Origin: Coraliomargaritaceae bacterium
GTDB taxonomy: Bacteria > Verrucomicrobiota > Verrucomicrobiia > Opitutales > Coraliomargaritaceae
Assembly: GCA_965656495.1 (NCBI GenBank)
Contig: CBFHKU010000001.1
Coordinates: 242,781 to 306,780, forward strand
Length of the DNA: 64,000 nt
Reading direction: 5' to 3'
How positions within the stretch are numbered: the stretch's first letter is position 1; every line of letters begins with the position of its first letter. Positions 39,465 to 49,813 of the stretch are shown piece after piece. The notes below the pieces were generated by a model. The model saw only the letters and a program-made list of their open reading frames with translations. It ran no database searches and was not told where the DNA came from. Position numbers and translations under genes: made by a program.

Positions 39465-39974
39465 ATGAAAACACGGATCAAAACTATTTACAAAATTACA
39501 CTGGCAGGTGGGCTTTTGATGCTATTCAGCTCCGGCCTGTGGGGCGATACCGTCACGCGTGCGGAATATGACGCCTTGGTATCGCGTCTTGCCGCGGTGG
39601 AAGCGGCCCTTGGGGTGACTCGCAGCGCCCAGGTGGAATCCATCGCAACCGAGGCTTTGGCGACGGTGGAGATGAGTCCCACGCAAAAGACGAGCCTCAT
39701 CGAGAGCGTCGTAAAAACGATCCAGAGCCGCGAGGAGAAAGCGGTCTATCCTTGGATGCAGGCGGCGAAATGGGAGCGCGTAAAAAAGGGGATGACTCCG
39801 GAGGCGGTGGTGGAAATTCTTGGGGCACCGACCTTGAATGAGCCATCGCTGCACAAGCGGGTCGATACAGTTTACACCTACGAGGGCCGCCGCGTCGCGA
39901 CCAATGAAAAGGTCACGGGGATCATCCGCTTTTATAAGGGAGTGGTCATCGAGATTGAAACGCCGAAGCTTTGA
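39465..39974 (+). CDS. Secreted protein with C-terminal SmpA/BamE-like domain
   Basis: Signal peptide; WERVKKGMTPEAVVEILGAP. Confidence 0.7.
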   Translation: MKTRIKTIYKITLAGGLLMLFSSGLWGDTVTRAEYDALVSRLAAVEAALGVTRSAQVESIATEALATVEMSPTQKTSLIESVVKTIQSREEKAVYPWMQAAKWERVKKGMTPEAVVEILGAPTLNEPSLHKRVDTVYTYEGRRVATNEKVTGIIRFYKGVVIEIETPKL

Positions 39975-39984
39975 AGAGTGGGGT

Positions 39985-40770
39985 TTAGTGGTGGGAAAAT
40001 ATGAAGGCGTATAGGTGGGAAAGTATGAAGGTGGGAAAGTGGGAAGGCTGGGGAACTTCGAACATCCAAACTTGAGGGATTGTTAGTTGATGTTTGTTGG
40101 TTGGAACCACGAATAGGCACGAATGAGGAGGGGGGGGACTTCCAACATTCAACTCCACACTCTTAATCTTATTCTTAATCTTAATCTTAATCTTAATAAG
40201 AAAAGGGATGTATCACGTGGAAGCGGCAATCCTGCCGCTTTGCTTGTTGCTGAAAAGCGACAGGAGTGTCGCTTCCACGGCTGGTGCGGCTTGGGTTGAA
40301 AAGCGACAGGAGTGTCGCTTCCACGGCTTGGGTTGATTATTGAACGTTGAGGGGGTTGTTCGTTGTTAGTCGATGGTTGTTGGTTGGAACAACGAATAGG
40401 CACGAATATTAACTGGTGGGAAGGCGTATAGGTGGGAAAGTGGGAAGGTATGAAGGTGGGAAAGTTGGGGTTAATCCTAATCTTAATCTTAATAAGAAAA
40501 GGGATGTGTCTCGTGGAAGCGACACTCTTGTCGCTTTGGTTGTTGCTGAAAAGCGACAGGAGTGTCGCTTCCACGGCTGGTGCGGCTTGGGTTGAAAAGC
40601 GACAGGAGTGTCGCTTCCACGGCTGGGGTTATAAAGCGACAGGATTGTCGCTTCCACGGCTGGTGGTTCAATATCGTGCTTTGAAGGGGAGTGAGAGTAA
40701 GATTAGGATTAAGAATAAGATTAAGAGTAAGAGGGAACTGCCAAAGAACTTCCAACTAACAACTTCCACC
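39985..40770. repeat. Composite repeat array (REP/REPIN plus short tandem motifs)
   Basis: Same motif families as 31.9-32.4 kb, plus (TAATCT)n; between convergent genes. Confidence 0.92.
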
Positions 40771-40771
40771 C

Positions 40772-41389
40772 TCAACCCCGGAATTGGTCCCGGTGGACGA
40801 CTTCTTCGTAGGGGAGTTGGCCGGGGCGGGGGTTGGCGGGTTTGAGGGCTTTGCCGATGGTGATCATGAGGCCGATGAGGTGGCGTTCGGGGAGTTGAAT
40901 GATTTCGGCGACTTTGTTGGGGTCGAATCCGATCATGGGGCAGGTGTCGTAGCCCATGGCTTTGGCGGCGAGCATGATGGTTTGTGCGGCAATGCCAACG
41001 GAGCGCATGGCTTCGTCGCGCTGGAGTTGGGGGTTGTTGCCATAGAAGGGTTGGATCATGGGGACGATGACTTCGCGGACGGGGTCGGGGGCGTTGGTCC
41101 AGTAGCGTTCGGGGTCGTTGTGGGCGTCGAGGTCGGCGCAAAGGATAAGGGTGAGGGCGGCGTCGGTGACTTGTGCCTGATTGAAGGCGGCGGCGCGGAG
41201 GGCTTCTTTTTTGGCGGGGTCGGTGACCGCGATGAAGCGCCAGTTTTGCATATTAAAGGAGGTGGGTGAACAAAGGGCGGCTTCGAGGAGTTGGCGAATC
41301 TCGGCCTCGCTGAGGGCGTGGTCGGGGTCGTAATACTTAACAGAGCGGCGTTCGCGAATTGCAGTGAGGGTTTCCATGGTGCCTAGCAT
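40772..41389 (-). CDS. Nitroreductase family protein
   Basis: RRSVKYY, SPTSFNMQNWRF, GYDTCPMIGFD. Confidence 0.93.
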   Translation of the reverse strand: MLGTMETLTAIRERRSVKYYDPDHALSEAEIRQLLEAALCSPTSFNMQNWRFIAVTDPAKKEALRAAAFNQAQVTDAALTLILCADLDAHNDPERYWTNAPDPVREVIVPMIQPFYGNNPQLQRDEAMRSVGIAAQTIMLAAKAMGYDTCPMIGFDPNKVAEIIQLPERHLIGLMITIGKALKPANPRPGQLPYEEVVHRDQFRG

Positions 41390-41470
41390 GGGGCGGAGTC
41401 CGGCGCTGGCAAGTTGTAAGAAAACGTGTATATTGAAGTAAGTTTCTCGGGCTTAAAACGGTCTATTTTG

Positions 41471-42913
41471 ATGTCAGGAGCTCCAAACATCGTATGGTTA
41501 CGCAATGATTTGCGCATTCAGGACAATGCTGCGTTGGCGGCGGCAATCGAGCGGGGCGGGCCCTTGGTGATGTTGTATATCTGGGACGCGGGGTCGTATG
41601 GGGCGTGGGTGCCGGGGGCGGCGTCGAAGGTATGGCTGCATCATGCCTTGGAAAGTCTGTCTGTGGAGCTGTCGAAGTACGGGGGCCGTTTATTGATTCG
41701 GCAGGGAGCGACGTCCGAGGTTTTGCAGGAAGTGGTCACGTCGAGCGGGGCGGGGGCGATCTTTTGGAATCGGCGTTATGAACCGAAGTTGCGGGCTTTG
41801 GATGCGGAATTGAAGGTGGAGTTGCGGGCGGAGGGTCTGAAGGTGGAGACCTTTAACAGTGCTTTGTTGAATGAACCGCACACCGTCGCGAACAAATCGG
41901 GTGGGGCGTTCAAGGTTTACTCGCCGTATTTCAAAACGGTGCAGGATCGACCCGTGGCGGCGCCGGTAGCGGTGGATCTTGGGGCGGCGGAATGGTTGGA
42001 GGCGGATTTGGAAAGCGCGGGCTTGGAATCGCTGGGCTTGTTGCCAGAGCGGGATTGGTGGCGCGGAATGGTCTCGGGCTGGGAGATCAGCGAAGCGGGA
42101 GCGCAGGCGCGGCTGGATCGATTTTTGGACGGGGCGGTGGCGCATTACAACGAGGACCGCAATATCCCCGGGATGGAGGGGAGCTCGAAGTTGTCGCCGT
42201 ATTTGCAATGCGGGTTGATTGGTCCGCGGCAGGTGGTGGCGGCATTGAAGGCGCGGACGGATTTAAAAGCGAAGGGACCGTTTGTGTATTTAAAGGAAAT
42301 CTACTGGCGGGAGTTTGCGTATAATGTGCTGTTTCATTTTCCGCACACTCCGGACTCACCCTTGCAGGCGCAATACGCGGATTTTCCGTGGGAGGCGGAT
42401 GATGCTTTGCTGGAGCGTTGGCAGAAGGGTCAGACCGGATATCCGATTGTGGATGCGGGGATGCGGGAATTATACGCGACGGGTTGGATGCACAATCGGG
42501 TGCGGATGATCGTGGCGTCTTTGTTGGTGAAGCAGTTGTTGCAGGACTGGAAGGCGGGGGCGTGCTGGTTTTGGGACACCCTGGTGGATGCGGATTTGGC
42601 GAGCAATACCTTGGGATGGCAATGGAGCGGGGGATGCGGGGCGGATGCCGCGCCGTATTTCCGGGTCTTTAATCCCATGATTCAGGGTGGGAAATTTGAC
42701 GCGATCGGGACTTACGTGAAGCGTTATGTGCCGGAGTTGGCGAAGCTGCCGGCGAAGTATATTCATACGCCATGGGAGGCGCCCGAGTCGGTGCTGGAAG
42801 CGGCGGGGGTGGAACTGGGGGTGAGCTACCCGCGGCCCGTGATCGAGCATCAGGCCGGTCGGGATCGAGCGCTGGCGGCGTTTGATGCCTTTAAAAACGG
42901 GGAGGTGGCGTAA
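41471..42913 (+). CDS. phrB: Deoxyribodipyrimidine photolyase
   Basis: WLRNDLRIQDN, SKLSPYL, WREF, GQTGYPIVDAGMR, GWMHNRVRM, DAAPYFR. Confidence 0.95.
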   Translation: MSGAPNIVWLRNDLRIQDNAALAAAIERGGPLVMLYIWDAGSYGAWVPGAASKVWLHHALESLSVELSKYGGRLLIRQGATSEVLQEVVTSSGAGAIFWNRRYEPKLRALDAELKVELRAEGLKVETFNSALLNEPHTVANKSGGAFKVYSPYFKTVQDRPVAAPVAVDLGAAEWLEADLESAGLESLGLLPERDWWRGMVSGWEISEAGAQARLDRFLDGAVAHYNEDRNIPGMEGSSKLSPYLQCGLIGPRQVVAALKARTDLKAKGPFVYLKEIYWREFAYNVLFHFPHTPDSPLQAQYADFPWEADDALLERWQKGQTGYPIVDAGMRELYATGWMHNRVRMIVASLLVKQLLQDWKAGACWFWDTLVDADLASNTLGWQWSGGCGADAAPYFRVFNPMIQGGKFDAIGTYVKRYVPELAKLPAKYIHTPWEAPESVLEAAGVELGVSYPRPVIEHQAGRDRALAAFDAFKNGEVA

Positions 42914-43800
42914 TGCCTGAAGGAGGAAAAACGGTCTTGGTGACCGGAGCGAGCGGCTTGGTGGGCGCGGCGCTGTGTCCGGTGCTGGAATCGCGGGGTC
43001 ACCAAGTACGGCGCTTGTCGCGCGGCACTGGTGCGAAGGAGTGGGACCCGGCGCGCGGACATTTGGGTGTAGAGGTTTTGGATGGGATCGATGCGGTGAT
43101 TCATCTCGCGGGTGAGAATGTGGCGCAACGCTGGACGACGAAAGTGCGGCGGGCGATTCGTGAGAGCCGGGTCGCTGGTACGGAATTATTGGTGGGGGCC
43201 TTGCTCGCGCGGGAGGCGCGGCCGGATTTCATCATGGCATCGGGGATCAATTATTACGGTTATGCGGAAACAGGGGCGAAGGATGAAGGGAGCGCGTCGG
43301 GAGATGGTTTTCTCGCTTCGGTCTGCCGTGAATGGGAAGGTGCGGCGGCGCTCTGGTCGGCGGCGGGCGGTCGGGTGGTGCAGGTTCGCACCGGAATCGT
43401 TTTGAGTGGGAAGGGTGGTGCTTTGGCGAAGATGCTGCCGCCGTTCAGGCTGGGCTTGGGAGGACCGATCGGGAACGGTCGGCAAAAGATGAGCTGGATT
43501 TCGATTGGGGATTTGGTGTCGGTTTATGTGCGGGCATTGGAGGATGCCGCGTTGGAGGGTCCGATTAACGCAGTGGCACCGAAGCCGGTGAGCGGGGCGG
43601 ACTTTGCGCGGGAACTCGGGGCGGCTTTGGGGCGTCCGGCGGTGCTGCCCACGCCCGTCTTGGCGCTGCGGCTCGCCTTTGGTGAGATGGCGAAGGAGGT
43701 AGTTCTTTCGGATCTGGATATTCGACCGCGGGCGCTGGAGGAGCATGGTTTTAAATGGGCGCAGCCTGAGATTGGGGCGGCCTTTCGGGCGGTATTGTAA
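42913..43800 (+). CDS. TIGR01777-family NAD-dependent epimerase
   Basis: TGASGLVG, HLAGENV, GFLASVCREWE, RTGIVL, GLGGPIG. Confidence 0.92.
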   Translation: MPEGGKTVLVTGASGLVGAALCPVLESRGHQVRRLSRGTGAKEWDPARGHLGVEVLDGIDAVIHLAGENVAQRWTTKVRRAIRESRVAGTELLVGALLAREARPDFIMASGINYYGYAETGAKDEGSASGDGFLASVCREWEGAAALWSAAGGRVVQVRTGIVLSGKGGALAKMLPPFRLGLGGPIGNGRQKMSWISIGDLVSVYVRALEDAALEGPINAVAPKPVSGADFARELGAALGRPAVLPTPVLALRLAFGEMAKEVVLSDLDIRPRALEEHGFKWAQPEIGAAFRAVL

Positions 43801-43813
43801 CTGTAGTTAAAAA

Positions 43814-44791
43814 ATGGATACACAGGATATTTTGGTAATCGGGGCGGGGATCTCGGGACTTTTATGCGCGGCGGAATTGCAGGCGGCGGGTCAGGGGGTG
43901 CTGGTTTTGGATAAGGGTCGCGGCCCGGGCGGACGGATGTCGACGCGTCGCGGGATGGGCGCCACCCGCATTGACCACGGGGCGCAGTTTTTTACGGTGC
44001 GCGAGGCACGCTGGGAAAAATGGGTGGAACGGATGCGTGCGGCGGGAGTGGTGAAAGAATGGTTCCGGCAGGCGCCCTGGGACCACAACCCGGCGGGTTA
44101 TCCCCGTTATTGCGGGGTGGATGGGATGAATGCGATCCCGAAATATTTGGCGGGTGATTTGAAGTTGGTGCGGTCCTGCCGGATAGAATCCTTGCAACGG
44201 GCTGAGGGTTTATGGATTGCGGAAAGCGCGGAGGGCGATCGCTACGCGGGGCGGGAGTTGGTGCTGAGTACGCCATTGCCGCAGACCTGGGCTTTGTTGG
44301 ACACGAGTGGGCTGCGATGGGCGGATGATGCCACGCGGGCGGCGCTGGAGCAGGTGCGGTATGAGAAGGGATTGGCGACGCTGGTGCAGTTAAAGGGGCC
44401 TAGCGCGGTGCCGGCACCCGGGTGTTTGAAATTGGAAACGGAGGCGCTGGTCTGGATCGCGGATAATCAGCAGAAGGGGATTTCGCTGGAGCCCGCTTTG
44501 ACCTTGCACGCGAGCGCGGCGTTTGCGGAGGAACACTGGGACAGCCCGGATACGGTACGTGGGGAATTGATGCTTGCGGCGGCGGAGCAGTGGCTGGGTT
44601 CGGAGGTCGCGGCTTATCAATGTCACCGCTGGGGCTTTACTTTGCCCCTGCATCCGTTTGAGGCGGACTATTACCGGAATACGGCTTTGAATTTGACGCT
44701 GGTGGGCGATGCTTTCGGGGGGCCGCGGATTGAAGGAGCGGCATGTTCGGGTTTGGCAGGTGCAGAGGCCGTGCTCGCGGGAACGAAGTAA
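43814..44791 (+). CDS. Renalase-like NAD/FAD-dependent oxidoreductase
   Basis: IGAGISGL, DKGRGPGGRMSTRR, DHGAQFFT, HRW, GDAF. Confidence 0.9.
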   Translation: MDTQDILVIGAGISGLLCAAELQAAGQGVLVLDKGRGPGGRMSTRRGMGATRIDHGAQFFTVREARWEKWVERMRAAGVVKEWFRQAPWDHNPAGYPRYCGVDGMNAIPKYLAGDLKLVRSCRIESLQRAEGLWIAESAEGDRYAGRELVLSTPLPQTWALLDTSGLRWADDATRAALEQVRYEKGLATLVQLKGPSAVPAPGCLKLETEALVWIADNQQKGISLEPALTLHASAAFAEEHWDSPDTVRGELMLAAAEQWLGSEVAAYQCHRWGFTLPLHPFEADYYRNTALNLTLVGDAFGGPRIEGAACSGLAGAEAVLAGTK

Positions 44792-44829
44792 AGCAGCAGG
44801 ATTGCGGCTTTGTGTGCGTGGCGTAATTA

Positions 44830-45087
44830 GTGGAAGCGACAATCGTGTCGCTTTGGGTGTAAGGCGTGGCAAAGCGGCAGGATTGCCGCTTCCACGGGCG
44901 GTGTTTTTGTGGGCGGTGTAATTTGTGGAAGCGACAATCGTGTCGCTTTTGGTGTGAGGCGTGGCAAAGCGGCAGGATTGCCGCTTCCACGGGCGGTGTT
45001 TTTGTGGGCGGTGTAATTAGTGGAAGCGACAATCGTGTCGCTTTGGGTGTGAGGCGTGGAAAAGCGGCAGGATTGCCGCTTCCACGG
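44830..45087. repeat. Three tandem REPIN-like units of about 95 bp
   Basis: GTGGAAGCGACAATCGTGTCGCTTT...AAAGCGGCAGGATTGCCGCTTCCAC x3. Confidence 0.92.
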
Positions 45088-45152
45088 GTGGTGTTTCTAC
45101 GAACGGTGCATTTCGTTCGTGCAATTCCCGCGTTTCGCCATTCACTGAAGGG

Positions 45153-45596
45153 ATGGAAGCAATTCTCCGCAGTATACCCCATCGCCCGCCTTTTCTTTTT
45201 ATCGATAGGATCGAGGAAATTCGCGAGGACGGTGCCACATGCACGCGCACGATCCGTGCGGAAGAGCCGCAATTTGAGGGGCATTATCCCGGCAATCCGA
45301 TCATGCCGGGGGTTCTGCTGTGTGAGGCCTGTTTTCAAACGGGTGCGATTTACCTCGCGAAGCAGATCGAGAAGGAGGGGCGTTCTTTGAATGACGTGAC
45401 GCCGGTGCTGTCGCGGATTCGGGATGCCCGCTTCAAGCAAATGGTGAAACCGGGCGATACGGTCACGATCGAGGTAACGATGCTCGAAACCCTCAGTAAG
45501 TTCTTTTTCCTCAAGGGAAAGGTTATGAAAGAAGGCAAGCCCGCGTTGACGATTGAATTTGCGCTGGCGATGTTGGAACCGGAGGGGGCGTCATGA
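45153..45596 (+). CDS. fabZ: 3-hydroxyacyl-ACP dehydratase (FabZ family)
   Basis: [31 protein letters not shown]. Confidence 0.88.
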   Translation: MEAILRSIPHRPPFLFIDRIEEIREDGATCTRTIRAEEPQFEGHYPGNPIMPGVLLCEACFQTGAIYLAKQIEKEGRSLNDVTPVLSRIRDARFKQMVKPGDTVTIEVTMLETLSKFFFLKGKVMKEGKPALTIEFALAMLEPEGAS

Positions 45597-46396
45597 GTTT
45601 TCTAAATTTAGAAGGGAAACGCTTCCTGGTGATGGGAGTGGCGAATCGCAAGAGCGTGGCGTGGGCGGTGACGCAGACCCTCGAGGCGGCGGGCGCGGAG
45701 GTGATTCACAGCGTGCGCTCGGAGGCGCGACTGGAGAGCCTTCAAAAACTACTGGGCGACCGCAAAGCCTATATTTGCGATGTGGAATTTCCTGATCAGA
45801 TCGAGGCGCTTGCGTCAACAGTGAGCGCGGCGCATGGATCGCTGGACGGAATTTTGCACTCCATTGCATTTGCGAATTATTCGGAGGGTTTCAAACCGTT
45901 TCATGAGACGCCCCGCAAGGATTTCCTGCAGGCGACTGCGATTTCGGCATTTTCTCTGGTGGAGGTCGCGAAGGCCTTTAAGCCGCATCTCAACAACGAA
46001 GCGTCGGTGGTTTCGATCGGGATTTCCTCGACGGATGTCACTGCGGAAAATTACGGCTATATGGCACCGATCAAAGCGGCGCTGGAAACCGCGAGCCACA
46101 ATCTCGCAAAATCCTTCAGTGCCGATACGGCAGTGCGATTCAACACCGTGAATGCGGGGCCCTTGAAGACGAGTGCCTCTGCGGGGATTCCGGGTTATCT
46201 GGAAAGTTATCTCTACGCCGAAAAATTGACGTATCGAAAAGCGAACCTCACCACGCAGGAGGTTGCCAACACCGCGGCTTTTCTACTCAGTCCCGCCTCC
46301 AGTGGCATCAACGGGCAGGGTCTCGTAGTGAACGCCGGGATGGATCGCAACTACTTTGACAAAGAAGTGGTGCGTCTCGCTATGCGTCCGGAGTAG
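45593..46396 (+). CDS. fabI: Enoyl-ACP reductase (FabI family)
   Basis: [34 protein letters not shown]. Confidence 0.88.
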   Translation: MSFLNLEGKRFLVMGVANRKSVAWAVTQTLEAAGAEVIHSVRSEARLESLQKLLGDRKAYICDVEFPDQIEALASTVSAAHGSLDGILHSIAFANYSEGFKPFHETPRKDFLQATAISAFSLVEVAKAFKPHLNNEASVVSIGISSTDVTAENYGYMAPIKAALETASHNLAKSFSADTAVRFNTVNAGPLKTSASAGIPGYLESYLYAEKLTYRKANLTTQEVANTAAFLLSPASSGINGQGLVVNAGMDRNYFDKEVVRLAMRPE

Positions 46397-47627
46397 TATT
46401 GGAGCAAGGGTTCTGAATGGCCTCTTCATACAGCTCGATCATTTTCTGTACCTGCTGTTTCCAAGTGAAATTTTCGAAGGCGTAGCGGTTGGCAAAGGGG
46501 CCTTTGGTTTCTTTGCTATTGTTTTTGATCTCGCGTACCACGGTTTCTGCCAAGACTTGGTGGTCATCGACGGGCACGAGTGCACCGACGGAATCGTTGA
46601 TAAAGTCGGGTAGTCCGCCGGCCTTGGTGGCGATCACGGGAGTCCCGCAAGCCAGGGCTTCGATCGCCACAAGGCCAAAGGGTTCAACGCGCGAGGGAAC
46701 AATAGAGCAATCCGCAGCGTTATAAATGCGTGCCACCTTGTCTTGATTCTGATGCCCAAGGCAATGCACCCCTTGGAGGTTTAATTCTTTTATGAGGGTC
46801 TGCATTTCGTCCCAAAGCCCACCATGTCCCACCAAGAGCGTCTGAACACCAGGTAGTTCTTTTTCATAGATTGCGGCGGCTCGCAGGAGGGTATCGATTC
46901 CCTTGAAATCAGTAAATTTACCAACAAAACTTAAAAGTGGTTTATCATAAGCACCAATTTTAAACTCTTTGAGAACCGTTTCTTTAGTGGCTTCGGGTAT
47001 AATTTTAAAATGATCAGCACCAAACCCGTTCCAAATGAGTGGAAGCTTTGCTTTGGGTAAGTTGTAGAGTTGCATTGCTTCAGCCTGTACTTGCTTTGAG
47101 ATCGCAATCACGGAGGAGGCGTTTTTGGCGCCTTTTAGGGCGAGCTCTCTAAAACGGGAGCTTTTTTTGAACCCCATCAAGTCGGTGCCGTGGCAACTCA
47201 CCACATAAGGGAGACCTGTTGCCTTTGCGAGTGCTGCGGTAACCCAAACGTGATGCGCATGGATTATATCGGGTTTAAAGTTTTTGATGGCGGCTTCGAG
47301 GTGTTGCCGCCAAGCCGCAAGGTAATCAGCGAGTTGTTTATCGCTCAGTTCATAAAAGGTGGTGTTGCTCTTTGGGTGGGTTGTGAAGCAGGGGAAATTA
47401 TAATCAAGTTCACTGGCGATCGTGTGAGAATCGGAGTCATCCGGCTTGAAGGTGATGGTATCAAGTTCAAAGGGAAGAGTATGGGATGCTTCCTCCTTGG
47501 TGGGGTGGTCTGGCGTGATGACTTGGACGCTATGTCCGGCACGGCATAACTCGAGTGCAACGTTTAAGGTGTAAATACCACTGCCGGAACCCTGCAGTGG
47601 AAAGTGGTTTGGCATCAATATTCTCAT
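46380..47627 (-). CDS. Glycosyltransferase family 4, AT-rich
   Basis: [33 protein letters not shown]. Confidence 0.92.
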   Translation of the reverse strand: MRILMPNHFPLQGSGSGIYTLNVALELCRAGHSVQVITPDHPTKEEASHTLPFELDTITFKPDDSDSHTIASELDYNFPCFTTHPKSNTTFYELSDKQLADYLAAWRQHLEAAIKNFKPDIIHAHHVWVTAALAKATGLPYVVSCHGTDLMGFKKSSRFRELALKGAKNASSVIAISKQVQAEAMQLYNLPKAKLPLIWNGFGADHFKIIPEATKETVLKEFKIGAYDKPLLSFVGKFTDFKGIDTLLRAAAIYEKELPGVQTLLVGHGGLWDEMQTLIKELNLQGVHCLGHQNQDKVARIYNAADCSIVPSRVEPFGLVAIEALACGTPVIATKAGGLPDFINDSVGALVPVDDHQVLAETVVREIKNNSKETKGPFANRYAFENFTWKQQVQKMIELYEEAIQNPCSNTTPDA

Positions 47628-47825
47628 TTTCTATCGCGGATTTTTGGAAACCCTCAGTTGAGGGGCGCGATAGCATAGAATAATTTTAATAGGTTCTTTT
47701 TTTAAAATGTAAGAATAACAAACAGGCAAGTGCATAAAACTTTATTAATCCCTGCTTACTACAAAATCGGATAGTTTGATAAAAACCTCGTCTCCCTCGG
47801 TTAAGTTAGCGTATCTAGTGGGGCT

Positions 47826-48863
47826 ATGCAATTTACACGGGTCGCAATAGAATCGATGGCGTATGCCCTGCCGGAGGCGGTTTGGACCTCAGCGGAGGTG
47901 GAGGCGCGTCTGGGGCCTTTGTATGAACGCCTGGGTTTACCGGAGGGGCGCTTGGAATTGATGACGGGGATTCGGGAGCGGCGATTTTGGCCGGTGGAAT
48001 TCCGGGCTTCGGAGGCCTCTGCGTTGGCGGGGGAGGCGGTGCTGGCAAAGACCGGATTTGCGCGGGATGAAATGGAATTGCTGGTGCATGCGGCGGTGTG
48101 CCGTGATCGGTTGGAACCCGCGACGGCCTCGTATGTGCATGCGGCGCTGGGGCTCGATTCCGGAACCCAGATCTTTGACCTCTCGAATGCCTGCTTGGGT
48201 TTTTTAAATGCGATGGTTCTGGCGGGCGGAATGATCGAGAGCGGGCAGATCGAACGCGCTTTGATCTGTTCCGGAGAGAATGGACGTCCTTTGATGGAGC
48301 ACACCCTCGCGGAATTATTACAGCCCGAACAAACGCGCAAGAGCATCAAGCCGTATTTCGCGAATTTAACGATCGGGGCAGGCGCGGTGGCGGCGGTCCT
48401 GTGTCGGGCAGACCTCGCGCCGGGGCGTCCGCAGTTACGCGCGGCGGCGGTGGCGACCGACACGAGTCACAGCGGCTTGTGTGAAGGGGACAGCGCGGGT
48501 GAAGGTTTGGCGATGTTGACGGACTCGGAGGAATTATTGGTAGCGGGCATCGGCGTGGCGAAAGTGGCGTGGGCTCGTTTTTGCGCGATGACCGGTTGGG
48601 ATGCGAGTACACCGGATCGCGTGATCACGCACCAAGTCGGTTCGGCGCATACGCGGGCTTTGTTTGAAGCGTTGGGTCTGGCGGCGGAGCAGGATTTTTC
48701 GACTTTTGAAACCCTGGGGAATATCGGCTCGGTTTCGTGTCCGCTGACGCTGGCGCGGGCGATGGAGGCGGGCGCCTACGGACCGGGACAAAAGGCGGCG
48801 CTCTTGGGGATCGGGAGCGGTTTGAGTAGTTTGATGTTGGCCTTGGAGTGGCCGGAGGGATGA
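47826..48863 (+). CDS. oleA: OleA-like condensing enzyme (KAS III family)
   Basis: TGIRERRFW, EPATA, SNACLG, THQVG, GNIGS, GIGSGL. Confidence 0.82.
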   Translation: MQFTRVAIESMAYALPEAVWTSAEVEARLGPLYERLGLPEGRLELMTGIRERRFWPVEFRASEASALAGEAVLAKTGFARDEMELLVHAAVCRDRLEPATASYVHAALGLDSGTQIFDLSNACLGFLNAMVLAGGMIESGQIERALICSGENGRPLMEHTLAELLQPEQTRKSIKPYFANLTIGAGAVAAVLCRADLAPGRPQLRAAAVATDTSHSGLCEGDSAGEGLAMLTDSEELLVAGIGVAKVAWARFCAMTGWDASTPDRVITHQVGSAHTRALFEALGLAAEQDFSTFETLGNIGSVSCPLTLARAMEAGAYGPGQKAALLGIGSGLSSLMLALEWPEG

Positions 48864-49762
48864 GTATATCACGGGCTTCGCAGTTGCCGCCGGAGGTGCG
48901 GTTTGAATATCCCTTTTCCGGGAATTTGTTTGAACTGCCGGGCGGGGTTCAAATGCATTATTTGGATGAGGGTCAGGGGCCGGTGGTGGTGCTCTTGCAC
49001 GGAAATCCAACCTGGTCGTTTTTCTATCGAGATCTAGTGGTGCGTTTAAAGAGTGCGGGGTACCGTTGTATCGTGCCGGATCACGTCGGTTGCGGTCTGT
49101 CGGACAAACCGCAGGATTATGATTATACTTTGGAGCAGCGGATTTCGGATGTGGAGGCCTTGCTGGAGCATTTAGGGGTGGAGCGTTTCAGTCTGGTGGT
49201 GCACGACTGGGGTGGTGCGATTGGTTGCGGTTTGGCGGGTCGCACGCCGGAACGGCTGGAAAAGTTGGTGCTTTTGAATACGGCGGCGTTTTGTTCGAAA
49301 CGGATCCCGTGGCGGATTGCGGCGGTGAAGCTACCGGTATTGGGGGAATTTTTGATACGGGGCATGAATGCCTTTGCGGGACCGGCGGCCAATATGTCGG
49401 TGCGTTCGCCGCTCTCGCCGAAGGTGCGGCGGGGATTTTTATGGCCCTACCGGAATTGGCGGGATCGGATCGCGGTTTGGAATTTTGTAAAGGACATCCC
49501 CTTGGGGGCGGGGCATCCGAGCTATGCGAGCCTCGCGGCGGTGGAGTCCGGGCTGGAATATTTGAAGGATAAACCGGTGCGGATCTTGTGGGGCGCGCGG
49601 GATTTTTGCTTTAACCGGCACTTTTTGGAGCGATGGAAGGTCTTGCTTCCCGCGGCGGAGGCGACCGTTTATGCGGATTGCGGGCATTATCTACTGGAGG
49701 ACGGGGGTCGCGCGGTGCGGGATGCGGTGGCAGAATTTCTCTCGGAAGGGGCGGTGGAATAA
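48860..49762 (+). CDS. oleB: OleB-like alpha/beta hydrolase
   Basis: MHYLDEG, HGNPTWSF, HDWGG, FVKDIP, GHY; ATGA-coupled to oleA. Confidence 0.78.
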   Translation: MSISRASQLPPEVRFEYPFSGNLFELPGGVQMHYLDEGQGPVVVLLHGNPTWSFFYRDLVVRLKSAGYRCIVPDHVGCGLSDKPQDYDYTLEQRISDVEALLEHLGVERFSLVVHDWGGAIGCGLAGRTPERLEKLVLLNTAAFCSKRIPWRIAAVKLPVLGEFLIRGMNAFAGPAANMSVRSPLSPKVRRGFLWPYRNWRDRIAVWNFVKDIPLGAGHPSYASLAAVESGLEYLKDKPVRILWGARDFCFNRHFLERWKVLLPAAEATVYADCGHYLLEDGGRAVRDAVAEFLSEGAVE

Positions 49763-49813
49763 GCTGATTTTGGCTTTTGCAATTTTCCGGAAGAACGCTC
49801 TTATTAAGGCCTT

